Assembly: GCA_963693365.1 (NCBI GenBank)
Contig: CAVNZM010000001.1
Span: forward strand, 5,100,907-5,164,906
DNA: 64,000 bases
Direction of reading: 5' to 3'
From: Amoebidium appalachense
Taxonomy: Eukaryota > Protista > Ichthyosporea
Positions 1-37,241 of this stretch are shown one piece after another. The position numbers were made by a program, and so were the translations under genes. Position 1 is the first letter of the stretch; every line of letters starts with the position of its first letter. The notes below the pieces were generated by a model. The model was given only the letters and a program-made list of their open reading frames with translations, was not told the origin of the DNA and did not search any database.

Positions 1-332
1 TGAGATGGAGTGTTCTCCCCTGCTGAATCAAGCGCATTCCCCCCCCCCCCCCCCCCCCCCCCTTCCCTTTCCCCCTCCCCTCCCCTCCCCACCCCCCCCC
101 CCCCCCCCCCTTCCCTTCACCCCCTCCCCTCCCCTCCCCTCCTCCCCCCCCCCCCCCCCCCCCCCCCCCAACCCCAACCCCACCTTACCCCTCCTCCGAC
201 CTAAGCTACATCCACAACATAAACCCACCCTTCCGTTGTGCCAATAACCCAAATCTGGTTACAAGGCCCATTTCAGGTCTTTCCCTCTATTCCCTTTTTG
301 ATCATTTTCTTACCACCTGCAACCACAGACAG

Positions 333-13118
<12,786 letters not shown>

Positions 13119-13869
13119 TGCGTGTAGAATGTCAATGTTCATGTATGTGGTTTCTTGTATAGAAAGATCGGGTATCTTTGTTGTTGTACTCACGTTCTTG
13201 TCTGTATGAAGTGCTTACGGAAAAGGGGTGCAAACCTGACCCGTGCAAGGCTAAGTGGGCCTCAATTCTTACGAAAAAACAGGCAGCAGGCAGTGCTGGG
13301 GACATAGGTTTTTTGTTTTTTGTTTGGTCGGTTATTTATTCTGTAGGTGTTTATTTCACAACGATTACATGGCATCTTATGAATGAGAGACTGGCTGAAG
13401 ATATGAGTTTTTGCGGTGCTTGTCGTGTTGTGGTGTGTTGTTGGACGTTGGGGGCGGGTGACCAGGGAGGGGGAAGGTGTGGGTCATCTGTAGTTCTCAC
13501 TGGCTAATGTTTTATTACACCAACCAAACCGGAAAGGACAAAACAAAAGTTGCCCATGTATGCATAAGGATATCTTTCAACAAAGAAAATGCCACTCTAC
13601 AGATAAACTTCTTGCTAAAGTTCCAATCGTTAAGGTAGAGCTAGAGTGGTGACTCAGGTGTTATGATATCCGACTTAGTCGAATGACCAACCCAGACACA
13701 CTTTAAAAAAAATTAATTCGTTTAGCAGTCGGTAAATCTGAAAATGAGCACATCCTTTGTTTGGAGTTTTTGTCCGCAGAGAATTGCAGTGTGCGTCTGT
13801 TTGTGTGTGTGTATGTGCGCGCGCATGTGTGTGTGCATGTGTGTGTGTGTGTGTGCGTGTGCGTGTGCG

Positions 13870-13934
<65 letters not shown>

Positions 13935-14098
13935 GGGGGGGGGGGGGTATGGGTGGGTGCTCGCGTGCGTGCGTGCGTGCGTGCGTCCGTGCGTGTATGT
14001 GCGGGGAGAGAGAGAGGGAAGGCACAAAGTGGAACCGTTTTAACCGGCAATTTTGTGTGGTGGGCTTTGAAGTTGCAAGGGTCCTTTTGTAATAACCC

Positions 14099-14133
<35 letters not shown>

Positions 14134-14136
14134 ACC

Positions 14137-14195
<59 letters not shown>

Positions 14196-14689
14196 CTATA
14201 ATAATGACAGCAAGCCAGCAGGCGATTTGCATATGTTCCCTCCTCTTGTACATGCCGCTTCACGAATACTGTCACCAACTTACCGCTACCGATATTATCC
14301 TTTTTAAAAAAACCTAAATCATGTATTCAAACATACTCTTTGTTGGCGGTGGGTCCAGCCACTTTAGCAATTATTCAAACTCGGTGCTAGTTTTGGCTGG
14401 AATCCGCCTACAAAGCAGAGTTTGCTATGAATAACTTGTATATCGATTATTTTCAGCCCGTTGTATAAGGACATTTATGCACACAGTGCAGTACCCACGG
14501 GAAGATACGGCCATGCGATCACAGTAGCAGACATCATTCAAGGCCTAGGAGCTCAAGAGGCTATTGTATACTATGATAAAGCTAACAAAATTTCAAAAAA
14601 ATATTTCTTGACTCACAATGAAGATCGTGCCTCTTTTTTTCTTTTCTCAGGTTTGGAAAACGATTCCTACATATGGAGCTTGCAAACTA

Positions 14690-15511
14690 CTAATGTGCAA
14701 ACAGTGCCTCGGTGACGTCATTGTAGAAGGGGCCGCTATTTAGGAGGCCTTGGGCCGGTGTGGAAGGCCATGGGGATGGTCACGCGTGTTGCCGTGGGGT
14801 TGTGCAGGCGCAGCTTTGTGAGGTCGATCATCTGCAGGTTCCGCACGGCCGGCGTGGAGGAGTATAGCCGCCGGGCGCTGTGGTCGCGCACAACGGTCCA
14901 GGCCGTGGTCCAGTCGTCGGCGCGCTTGGCCAGCGACACGCGCCCAATCATGGCCGTGGCCGCGCTCACGTGGTCCACTGCCGGGTCGCTGGACACGTAC
15001 GACGGCAGGTGGGGCCCCAGCACGCCGGCCCAGGCCCCCCAGCTGCGCACGGCACTCTCCTGCAGCATGGCCATCTGCACCAGCCGGTCCTCGGGCGAGC
15101 AGATGCCGGCCCCGTGCATGGCCGTCTCGAGCGTGGCGTTGGACACCACCGCTACGTCCTCATAGTCGGTGCCGTTGAGCCGTGCCCGCAGTTCCGCGCA
15201 TGCTCTCCCACGTGGGGTCGTTGGTCATGGTCATGACGTTGCGGCTGTCGTACATGCACACCCGCGCCCCGGCCTTCTGGGCCCTGCTGTGGATGGGGTC
15301 GGCCGAGGCAAAGCACTCGGGCGCCAGGATGGCGTTCTGCGTGCCGATGAACTCCACCACCAGCGACTGGCCGGCTGTGTTGTGGAACTGCAAACGGTGC
15401 CCCCCCAGCCGGCCGCCGCGGGAGGAAAAGATATCCAGCTCGATCCCTCAGCAATCTGGTGGGTCTCAAACTGGCGGCGCACACAGGCCACGGTGTCGCA
15501 CACGGCCAGCC
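14690..15511 (-). pseudogene. 5'-truncated, frameshifted choloylglycine hydrolase / penicillin V acylase (Ntn-hydrolase) fragment
   Basis: Minus-strand pieces in different frames give CDTVACVR, LQFHNTAGQSLVVEF, MTMTNDPTW, SPEDRLVQ and TAWTVVRDHSARRLY..NLQMIDL, in the order expected for the family. At least two frameshifts and a 22-bp insertion; the N-terminal catalytic Cys region is absent. Intronless and very GC/GC3-rich compared with its flanks. Confidence 0.75.
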
Positions 15512-15683
15512 CCACAGCGCCCGGCAGCTGTACTTCTCCACGCCGGCCGTGCGGAACCTGCAGATGATCGACCTCACAAAGCTGCGCCTGCACGACCCCA
15601 CGGCAACACACGTGGCCATCCCCATGGCCTTCCACACCGGCCCCTTCTACAATGACGTCACCGAGGCACTGTTTGCACATTAG
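14690..15683. repeat. long inverted repeat: arms 14690-14883 and 15512-15683, loop about 630 bp
   Basis: The right arm is the reverse complement of the left arm (the 3' end of the hydrolase gene including its TAG). Six substitutions were counted, plus a 22-bp insertion in the left arm. Confidence 0.95.
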
Positions 15684-16231
15684 ATTGCAACCGTTCATGT
15701 GACTCATTGTTCAAACCTAAGAGCACGGCCTCCTTTGCATGTTGAGAATCAATAAGTTATTGAAAAGTTAGCTTCATGATCTTTGACCACTTCAAACAAT
15801 CATGTCTGCTACTGAACCTTGCTGTATGTAAACTAGTCATTGTGTGCACGAATGTCCTTTAACTTGCAATTGAGTAGTACGTAGCGATAACAACGTACCT
15901 TTATGAGTGAATCCACACAAAAAAAGAAAAAAACGAATGAAAATGTCAGAATGGCTGGGCCTACTGCCAAAAAACAACGTCTAGTGCATAAACCAATAAA
16001 AAAATATTATTAAAAAAACCATGGCCTCAATCATCATTTTGTCACAGTATTGGCTAAATGTTCGTATTAAAAAACTCTGCCGATGGAAAATGTATGAGAA
16101 AGCAATGCCGGAAAGTTCTTGCTCCATGGACCAGGTTTACGATCAATGCAATACTGCAGGGTTTTTTTTTTGTTTTGTTTTGTTTTTTCTCCCGTGGTGG
16201 TGGTGGTGGTGGTGGTGGTGGTGGTGGTGGT

Positions 16232-16269
<38 letters not shown>

Positions 16270-17270
16270 TGTGTGACGGTGTGGACTCGGGGCGGGGAGG
16301 GGGGAGGGGGGGAGAGAAGGCATGCAAAAGTGTCTCTGAAATTTAAAGAGCCACCACACAACAGCCCCAGGGAATAGTTTCCACTTTGTGCCTTCTCTTA
16401 AGTCCCCCCCCCCCCCCCCCTCCCTCCCCTAAGCCCACTCCCTCCCCCCCCCCCTCCCCCCCCCCCCCCCCCTTTTCCCCCCTCCCCCCCCCCCCCCCTG
16501 CCCCTTCGACACTCTCCCCCTTCTCCCGCCGGCCTGTAGATACCTCCCGTCTCTCATCAGCCCACAACGAGTCTCTGTTGTTGTTTCATTTCTCCAACAA
16601 CGTGACCAAATGTCTTGCTCCTTTAACTCAAATACCAACCGACCATTACTATCCATTTTCCGCTTTCAAGAGTGGGACAAGTCTTTCTAAATAACTATGT
16701 TAAATGACACTGTTACCCACATGCAATATAACCCAAAACCGGGCCACGCACAAACACACACACATGTGTACTCAAGAAAAGAAGAAAAAAAAAACGAGCA
16801 ACGTCAATTGCAATGTGTGACGGCGGTAGCTTTAACTAATAGGCATTACCTCTTTCAAGTTATCTTTTGCTTTCTTGTTTTTGAAGCACCCCTCTCCTTC
16901 CCAAATATAGCTATACCTTCTTTTTTTCGCGTGAATTTTTTAAGATAGCACTAAAGAGTGGGAAGAGACGGGACAGAGCACATTGCGACAGTGCACAGTG
17001 ACGATCGGATTGGTGGAAAACAGGACTAACGAAATTTTCACCCAGGACGAATATTCACTTTTCATGATGCACCAGGCTGCACATGTTAGACCCGGAATCA
17101 AATATTGATATCGACAAGGAGGGGTTAGGAAAGATTAGAAAGTGTGCTGGTGTAATTACTGTCATTATTGCCCCTTTTGGGGGAGAGGGGGGTGGGTGGG
17201 GGGGAGGGAGGGAGGGAGGGAGGGAGGAGGGAGGGAGAGGGAGAGAGAAGAGAGAGGGGGGTTGGGGGTG

Positions 17271-17369
17271 GGGAGAGAGAGAGGGGGAGAGTGGGGGGAG
17301 AGGGGGAGGGAGGGAGGGGGTGGGGAGAGGGAGGGAGGGAGGGAGGGAGAGGGAGGGAGGGAGGGAGGG

Positions 17370-17423
<54 letters not shown>

Positions 17424-17439
17424 TGTGTGAGTGTGTGTG

Positions 17440-17472
<33 letters not shown>

Positions 17473-17526
17473 TCGACATGTGTGTGTGTGTGTGTGTGTG
17501 TGGTGGTGGTGGTGGTGTGTGTGTGT

Positions 17527-17584
<58 letters not shown>

Positions 17585-17724
17585 GGGGGGGGGGAGGGGG
17601 GGGGGGGGGGGGGGGGGGGAGCATAGTCAAAAGTGTTTTTGTAACTTGAAAACCCACCACACCAAGGTACCTACAACTAGTCATGGATCAGGTTCTTCCC
17701 CCTCGAGCTCCCCCATCTATCCCC

Positions 17725-17758
<34 letters not shown>

Positions 17759-17879
17759 ACCTCCCCAACTCCTCTCTTTTCTTCCCCTAGGGCATGGACG
17801 TAGGGGGGGGGAGAGAGAGAGAGGGAGAGTGGGGGGAGAGAGGGAGGGAGGGAGGGGGTGGGGAGAGGGAGGGAGGGAG

Positions 17880-17933
<54 letters not shown>

Positions 17934-18028
17934 TTTGTGTGTGTGAGTGTGTGTGAGTGTGAGTGTGAGTGTGTGTGTGTGTGTGTGTTCGACATGTGTG
18001 TGTGTGTGTGTGGTGGTGGTGGTGGTGT

Positions 18029-18079
<51 letters not shown>

Positions 18080-18241
18080 GCATAGTCAAAAGTGTTTTTG
18101 TAACTTGAAAACCCACCACACCAAGGTACCTACAACTAGTCATGGATCAGGTTCTTTCCCCTCGAGCTCCCCCATCTATCCCCCCCCCCCCCCCCCCCCC
18201 CCACCTCCCCAACTCCTCTCTTTTCTTCCCCTAGGGCATGG
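17271..18241. repeat. about 460-bp tandem duplication of microsatellite plus unique sequence
   Basis: Unique core AGCATAGTCAAAAGTG..CCCATCTATC at 17620 and 18079 with the same surrounding GA/TG/G/C tracts of different lengths; outer boundaries are approximate. Confidence 0.9.
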
Positions 18242-18549
18242 GCGTTCCTCCTGCCACAGACTCAAAAAGAGAGTGTGGGTGGCTTCATTTTCTCACCCAC
18301 ATCATAAGCTGTCCCGTTCTATTCATGCACATGTTCTTATTGACATATGGCCGATCACCAAGCCTCATTGCACACGAAATTGATTGACAAATGTTGTACA
18401 TGTGTTGCTGGAGTATTTATTCATTCAAAGCGTATCAATCTCCATGTCATGCAGAGAAGCATGTGTCCTGCACATGCAACCATGGGTTGACATCCAACCT
18501 CACCACGTACACCATATCGTACGGTACCACAGTACCACAGTAGTGAGCC

Positions 18550-18597
<48 letters not shown>

Positions 18598-19034
18598 ACG
18601 CCCCGCCCCAATGTATTCATTTTACAACACCTTAGATACAATCACCCCTCCGGGGTCTACTACCATTCAAGGAAAAGCATACGACAAACAGCACTGCGCG
18701 CAGAGAACGGGCCAAAAAAAAAGTGATAAATCACCTTAGGCTAAAAACACACAACTGAAAAATCTTACATGCATGAACGAAGATCAACAGCCGATACCTC
18801 TGTGAGATTACCAAACTCGACATTCGTGCTATGATAAAAACACATTTTTCTGCAGCAGCTTTTATATACCTATGGAAACACTTTCATGCCAACAGCACAT
18901 ATACCAGGCAACAAAGCAATAGTACGTCTAGAATATCACGAAGGCATAAAGGTGACATGCATTCAGTTGACACCAAAAAAAAAAACGAACATAATCACGT
19001 AGCAGATACCACCTATGCACAGCGCTACATGTGT

Positions 19035-30823
<11,789 letters not shown>

Positions 30824-31663
30824 TCTCCTTTTTGAAACTAATTGCAGAAAAAAACTGCTGCTAGACTAAGAGCACGGACCCAGTCTCACAGCAGGAATTC
30901 GCAAAGCCCGTGTCAGTGTCTAAGGGCGCTCATTCCAACAGCAAAACCATGTTTTAGGTCTATTGAGCGTGTCTCAGAATTGGCCAAACAAACATGAACA
31001 CACACGTGTGCATCACACACACACACACACACACACACAGCACACACACAGCGGAGTGCACGTGCACATGCATCGAGTCCGCCTCCGCTCCGAGTGTGCC
31101 TCATCATGACGTCACAGAGCCCTACCCTTTGATGCCCGTGATAGGCCCTTCTCCCAAAATAGAGCCAGCTGGTAAGTGTGACTCCACAAATAGGACTGGC
31201 TCACAGATTTCTCCAGAAAAGCCTTTTATGGAAGGTAAAATTCTTGGAATGCTTTCCACCGAAAGCTTCTCAACAACATAATAATGATAAAAATAATAGT
31301 AGTAATAAAAAAATAATATAATAGCAGCAATAATAATAATATTCATAGAGCCTATACTGTCCTGCAGCCTCGAGGAGGCCTGACAAGAAGCCAATAAAAC
31401 TGCTATTAGCTCAGAGCCTGCCCAGGCAGCTTGCCCAAGGCCGGATGACGACAGTCGCCATTCGTTTGGCCCACTCCCTTCGAATTCCTGAGCTCGAGTC
31501 AGACACTCGCCTTCCCGTCATGGTTGAACACCGTTGCAAAGTCATAGAGCTCTCTCAGGTTTTAGGTTTTCTCTTTTGTACGTGCCCACAGACACAAGTT
31601 GGTAGAACATAAAAGAGTCAGTTAACGTTGACAGCTAAGTTTGTTCGAGGAAAGTTCACAAAA
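30824..31663. promoter_or_regulatory. divergent (head-to-head) intergenic region, probably holding the promoters of DDX55 and HCCA isomerase copy 1
   Basis: 840 bp between oppositely oriented ATGs; no specific motif is claimed. Confidence 0.45.
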
Positions 31664-32137
31664 ATGAGTGTAAACGCTATGAATCAGCTGCGCTTCTTCT
31701 TTGACCCTGTCAGCCCCTACTCCTACATCGCGAGCACACAGGTAAAGGCCTTGTGCCAGCGCACCGGCGCGAACCTGAAAGCCGAGCCCGTTCTTTTTGC
31801 TGGCCTTTTGAACGCCCATGGGCAGCTTGGTCCTGCAGAAATTCCGTCAAAACGCCGCTACATTTTCACAGACTTGATAAGACTGGCACGTCAGTATAAC
31901 GTTCCTTTTGTCGGTGCGCCGAGGCATCCGTTTAACCCGTTGCTTGCACTGCGCATGTGCTCGGCAAGTATCGATGATGAAATACGAAACGACCTGGCGC
32001 TCTCTGTGATGAAGGCGTGTTGGGCAGAGGGCAAGGACATCACCAACCCCGAGGTCCTTCTGCGGATTGCGGATGATGTGGGGGCTGATGGTCCTGGTCT
32101 GATTAGGATTGCTGGTAAGGGGGAAGTGCTTGTGTGC

Positions 32138-32175
<38 letters not shown>

Positions 32176-33174
32176 CGCGCGCACGCTTGTGTTGAGGGGA
32201 AGCAGGGGAGAAAGACGGGCTCGTTTTACGTGTGTGTGTGTGGGCGGGGGAGGGGAGGGGAGAGGGAGGGAATTGCGGAAAGGACAAAGACTCGTGATGG
32301 AGGCAGCTGGGGTTATTATTTTATTTTTTTGAGGGAGCTTGGACCAAGTGAATGTCTGCCAGTGAGGACAAAATGTCTTCTGCATAGTTGGGAGGGCGAG
32401 GGAAGCAGAGGTGCTTGTTGAGGGGGTATTGGTGAGTGCATTTGGGGGTCTGGAAGCGCATTGGATAGCTCGCAACAAGAGGAGTGGGGGCCAGAGAGAG
32501 AGGATGAGCAGGGAGTCCTGGGAAAGGGTCTGTGTGAAATGGGTTGATGTATGGTATGTGCTAAAATCGAGGGAGGAAGGGAGGGAGTGTTGGAAACGGA
32601 CATCTAGAGTCTTCTCCGCCTTTTGCCTCCTTCCCTTTTTTGTACTTTTCTGTTTAAAAGAATGTCATGCTGACTGCTGCAACCGTAACCCCCGGGAGGG
32701 GGGAGAAGGGATGGGGGGGGGGGGGGGTAGAGGGGAACTGCTCTTTCGTGTGGTGTCTGCTCACATAGGTAACATTGCTTGTCTCTGACCAAGACGGGTG
32801 GCCCACCATGTTTGTTTGAGGCAAGCATTATCTGAGTTGGGTTTTGCATGCGAAATGATCAGGTTGAAACTCGGATACTGTGGATGCCCACCACCCCCTC
32901 CCCCTCCCCACCCCATCCACCCGTGCGCCGCGCCGCCCCAACCCCTTCCACCCCCTTTTCCCCCCGGAGGATGGGCTCTACCTGCACTGCAGACTCGTGT
33001 GTGCTCCCCCCCCCCCCCCCCCCCGGCCCTTCCCCCAAGAATCAGCGTTGTTGTCCGTCGCGAACGTGTACAGTGAAGTCTGCATTGCGTCTACCCCCCC
33101 CCCCCCCCCCCTTTTCCCCCTTTTTTGGGGCCCCAAGGAAGGGGGGGGGGGGGGGAGGGGGGGGGGGGAGGGGG

Positions 33175-33208
<34 letters not shown>

Positions 33209-33241
33209 GTACTATCGACCCAGAGGGGGGGGGGGGGGGGG

Positions 33242-33303
<62 letters not shown>

Positions 33304-33819
33304 GTACTATCGACCCAGTCATCAACCTCACTTCTTCCTTCTTCCCATCCAGCTTTGCTCTACTCCTCCCCCCCTCTCTACCTTGCCTGAGAACAGTTCT
33401 CTGCACCTCCAAAAAGCAGTATGTTATCTTTCTCAGGACGAGCGTTATTGCGTGATTACTTCCGCCCTCCTCCCTGCATCTCCCACGGCAATCTAGTGGT
33501 TCACAACGCTCACGGGTTCACTTCAGTGTATTGACATGCACACCTTATTTTCGCAGGCACAGACGAGGTGAAGCATAAACTCGCAAACGAAACACAAGAG
33601 GCCGTAGCTCTCGGCGTGTTTGGTGTGCCCACGTTCATGGTGCGGGGCAACTTGTTCTGGGGGTGTGACCGGCTGGGGTTTGTGGAGGAGTGCCTTGGGC
33701 CCAACGGGGTGGAGCTGTATGACAACAGAGAGCCCCAGCTGGTCGAGCCCATTCTTCATAGGCCCTTTGGCTCTGTGAGGCGGGCACTGCCCAAGAAGAC
33801 AGAGAAGAAGGAGGAATAA
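31664..33819 (+). CDS. 2-hydroxychromene-2-carboxylate isomerase / kappa-class GST (DsbA-like fold), copy 1, 237 aa
   Basis: Exons 31664-32114 and 33557-33819 with a phase-1 GT-AG intron. Motifs FFFDPVSPYSY (catalytic Ser in place of CxxC), PVLFAGLLNAHGQLGPAEIPSKR, HPFNPL and GVFGVPTF..LFWGCDRL. Confidence 0.92.
32826..32880. mobile_element. 55-bp mini foldback element, second copy (inverted relative to 21451-21505)
   Basis: Its reverse complement CAGTATCCGAGTTTC..AAACCCAACTCAGATAATG aligns end to end with the 21451 copy. Confidence 0.65.
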
Positions 33820-34276
33820 GATGTGTGTGTGGTCTGTGTGTTGTTTAACCAAAGGAGACCAAAGCATATATGTGGTGTGCTATCTCTCCCCTTAGGATTA
33901 CTGCTATAACCTGTAAGGGAAGTTGTGCGTGAAGACCCCCACGTATATACATCGTTGTATGGACGTCAATAGTCGCACCTGTATTAATGACATACAAAAA
34001 CACTTGCAGACACATAGGTCGGTCATGATTCTCTCCCTCTTCAACGAAGTTCTTTGTTCACATCATTTTCTACAGGCTCTGGAAAAACACGTCGGCCGGG
34101 AAAAAGCTAGCTCTTTTTCAGTTTTGTAAGCAGTGTTTACGTAACTTATTATGTTTCGCTACAGAACAGTTTACAAAAGGTGTCATCCTGTACATGTTCA
34201 TTTTTTTACTTATCTTTTTTTGTCCCTTTCACACACACACACAACCAGCTGATACCGAGTGTCCCGAGGGGAGCCC

Positions 34277-34315
<39 letters not shown>

Positions 34316-34742
34316 GGGGAACCCCAACTAATTGATTTCTCCTTGTAGTCTTTATGGTGTCTCGTAGAGAAAGTAAACCCTGATATATAGTCACCACCCG
34401 ACATCTATGTACGTGATCATGATATACCGCTGAGGGGATATTCCGAGCAAAACCCCCCCCCCCCCATACCTGAGACTGGTTCTCTTTGCCTCGAGTAAAC
34501 AGCGTAAACCCCCTTGTCCCTTTGCCTTTTGGAGCAAGGCCCAAAAGGTCTTGTTCCAAACACAAGGTTCCCGCGCTTGCCTTATATGGCAGGTAAATGG
34601 CAAACGCTTTGATGTCACAGGCTGAACACTAAAAAACTGCGCACATGATGTGTGCATGTGCTGTTTCACCTTTGTTTACTCTCGCTTTGGAGCAAATTCT
34701 CGTTTAGCCATTAAACATTGTGGTTCCTCCCCAATAACTAAA

Positions 34743-36788
34743 ATGACTATAAACTCTTTGAATCAGCTGCGGTTCTTCTTCGATCCAGTCAGCCCCTACG
34801 CCTATCTTGCCAGCACACAGCTGAAGGCAATATGCCAGCGCACGGGTGCAAAACTGACTACTCATCCCATCCTTTTTGCTGGTGTGCTGAATCACCATGG
34901 ACAGCTGGGCGGTGCAGAAATACCCTCAAAACGCCGCAATACATTCACAGATGGACTTAGGCAAGCGCGGAAGCTGAACGTTCCGTTTGTCGGCCCACCA
35001 AAGCATCCGTTCAATCCGTTGCTTGCACTACGCATGTGCACGGCTAGCATCGATGGCGAAATCAGAAACGAGCTGTCGTTGGCTGTGTTGAGGACGTGTT
35101 GGGCAGAGGGCAAGGATATCACCAACCCAGAGGTTCTTCTACGCTTGGCGGATGATGTTGGTGCGGATGGTCCTGGTCTGGTCAGGATTGCTGGTAAGCT
35201 TGGTTTAAAACCCTGTGGGTCAGTTTTTTGGGGGACATTGCTGTGGAAGCTCAAAGCTTAGATGAAGGTGTCAGTAGTAGTTTTTAGAGACTTTTTTTTT
35301 TTTTTATCACTGTGCATGATTCCTATCAAGAAGTAGATCTGTTCGGTGAAGAATTGCAACTGAGGGTCATTTTGAGAAAGCATTTGGCAAGTACCGGGTT
35401 GCTTTTCTGCTTGCAGTTAAGTTGTAGGTAGAAACAAAGCCACATGAAGGGCCTTGTGCAGGAAGGGACGAGGCAGTGAAGTGACCACACGTGGGTTGAA
35501 AAGCTGTCTGCTTCCCCCTCCGTTCCCCCCTCCTGCCTCCTCCCCTCCCCCCACCCCCTTCTCCCCCCCGCTCCCCCCCTATCCCCTGCAGATCCCCCTC
35601 CCCTTCTCCCCCACCCCATCTTCCTCTCTTTCCCCCCCCACTCCCCTTCCCCCTTCCCCTGTCACACGAAACTCGGGTACTGTGATTGAATGGGGCGCCC
35701 CGTGAGGGTGGGCTTTGCTCTTGGTACATTCTCTTTGTGTGTAGCAAAAACTGTATGGTTATGTCTGTCGTAAATGTAAGCTTCACACTCTTTGAACACG
35801 CATAAATTCTCCCCCCCCCCCCCCCCACACACACACCCCCAAGCCTGGGGCACTTTCACCCCTGTCACACCAACCAACTTACACACACATATGATATATC
35901 CTCAAGTATAATAACAAGCACGCAAAGAACAGCACATGCATACATACACTCAGATACAGTGCACACACTCGCACGAAAATACTTCTCTCCCTCCCTTCCA
36001 CACCAGCCTCCTTATGCCCATTTCTGTTTTACGTTGCACATGCTTTGCTGGTATTTCTAACGTAGTATGGGCTGCGCTGACCTTTTTGTTATAATCTTGT
36101 GCCTTGTGCTGTCCCACCCCCCCCCCCCCCCCCCCCTCCTCCTCCCTCCGCCCCCCCAACCACCACCACCACCATTATCACCCCCCCCCCCCCTCCCCCC
36201 CCCCCAAAAAAAAACATCCATGACCAACCAACCACTGCCAGCTTCTTATCCCCCCGAGCCGCCTTTTTGTCCGTGTCTGTCTGCTTGTCTCCCCCCCTCA
36301 CCCCCCCCCCCCCCCCCCCCCCCATCCCCCCCGCCAGCACGCCTGTCCTTCTCTTAAAAATGAAATAAACATGTCGCCTGCCTGTACAATGGTTTTTGTT
36401 TCGGTTTGTGTTTATATTTTCGTAGGGGAAAAAAACAAATGTCGTTTTTTCTAAACCCCCCCAACTACGTACCCTATCTGCACCACACCACGTCATCCAC
36501 CTAACACTTACTTTCACGTCGTCAGGGACAGACGAAGTCAAGCAAAAGCTCAATGCCAACACCCAACAAGCCATATCTCTGGGTGTGTTCGGTGTGCCCA
36601 CGTTCATGGTTCGGGGCAACCTGTTTTGGGGGTGTGACCGGCTGGGGTTTGTGGAGGAGTGCCTTGGGCCCAACGGGGTGGAGCTGTATGACAACAGAGA
36701 GCCCCAGCTGATCGAGCCCATCCTCAACAGGCCATTTGGCTCCGTCAGACGGGCACTGCCCAGGAAGACGGAGAAGAAGGAGGAATAG
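34743..36788 (+). CDS. 2-hydroxychromene-2-carboxylate isomerase / kappa-class GST, copy 2, 237 aa
   Basis: Exons 34743-35193 and 36526-36788, with the same exon lengths (451 and 263 nt) and intron position as copy 1. CTAAC branch-like motif at 36501. Motifs FFFDPVSPYAY and GVFGVPTF..FWGCDRL. Confidence 0.92.
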
Positions 36789-36902
36789 ATAAAGGAGAAG
36801 TGTGTGAGTTGGGGTGCGGTGGGGTGGTGGTTTAGGTGATTGGTGAACGTGGAGGTGTGTGTGTGTGTTTGGGGAGGGGAGGGGGGGCTGTTTGTGTGTG
36901 TG

Positions 36903-36969
<67 letters not shown>

Positions 36970-36978
36970 TGCGTGCGT

Positions 36979-37038
<60 letters not shown>

Positions 37039-37194
37039 GTGTGTGTATGTTTGTTTGTTTGTGTGTGTGTGTGTGTGTGTACTGCTGTAGTGCATGTGTC
37101 TGTGCGTGTCCTTGCACCATGGCAGGTGTGTGTGCTAAACGGAACCTTCTAAGAGGTAACCGTTGTGTAAAGTACCAGCACAATAAAGTATCTT

Positions 37195-37241
<47 letters not shown>

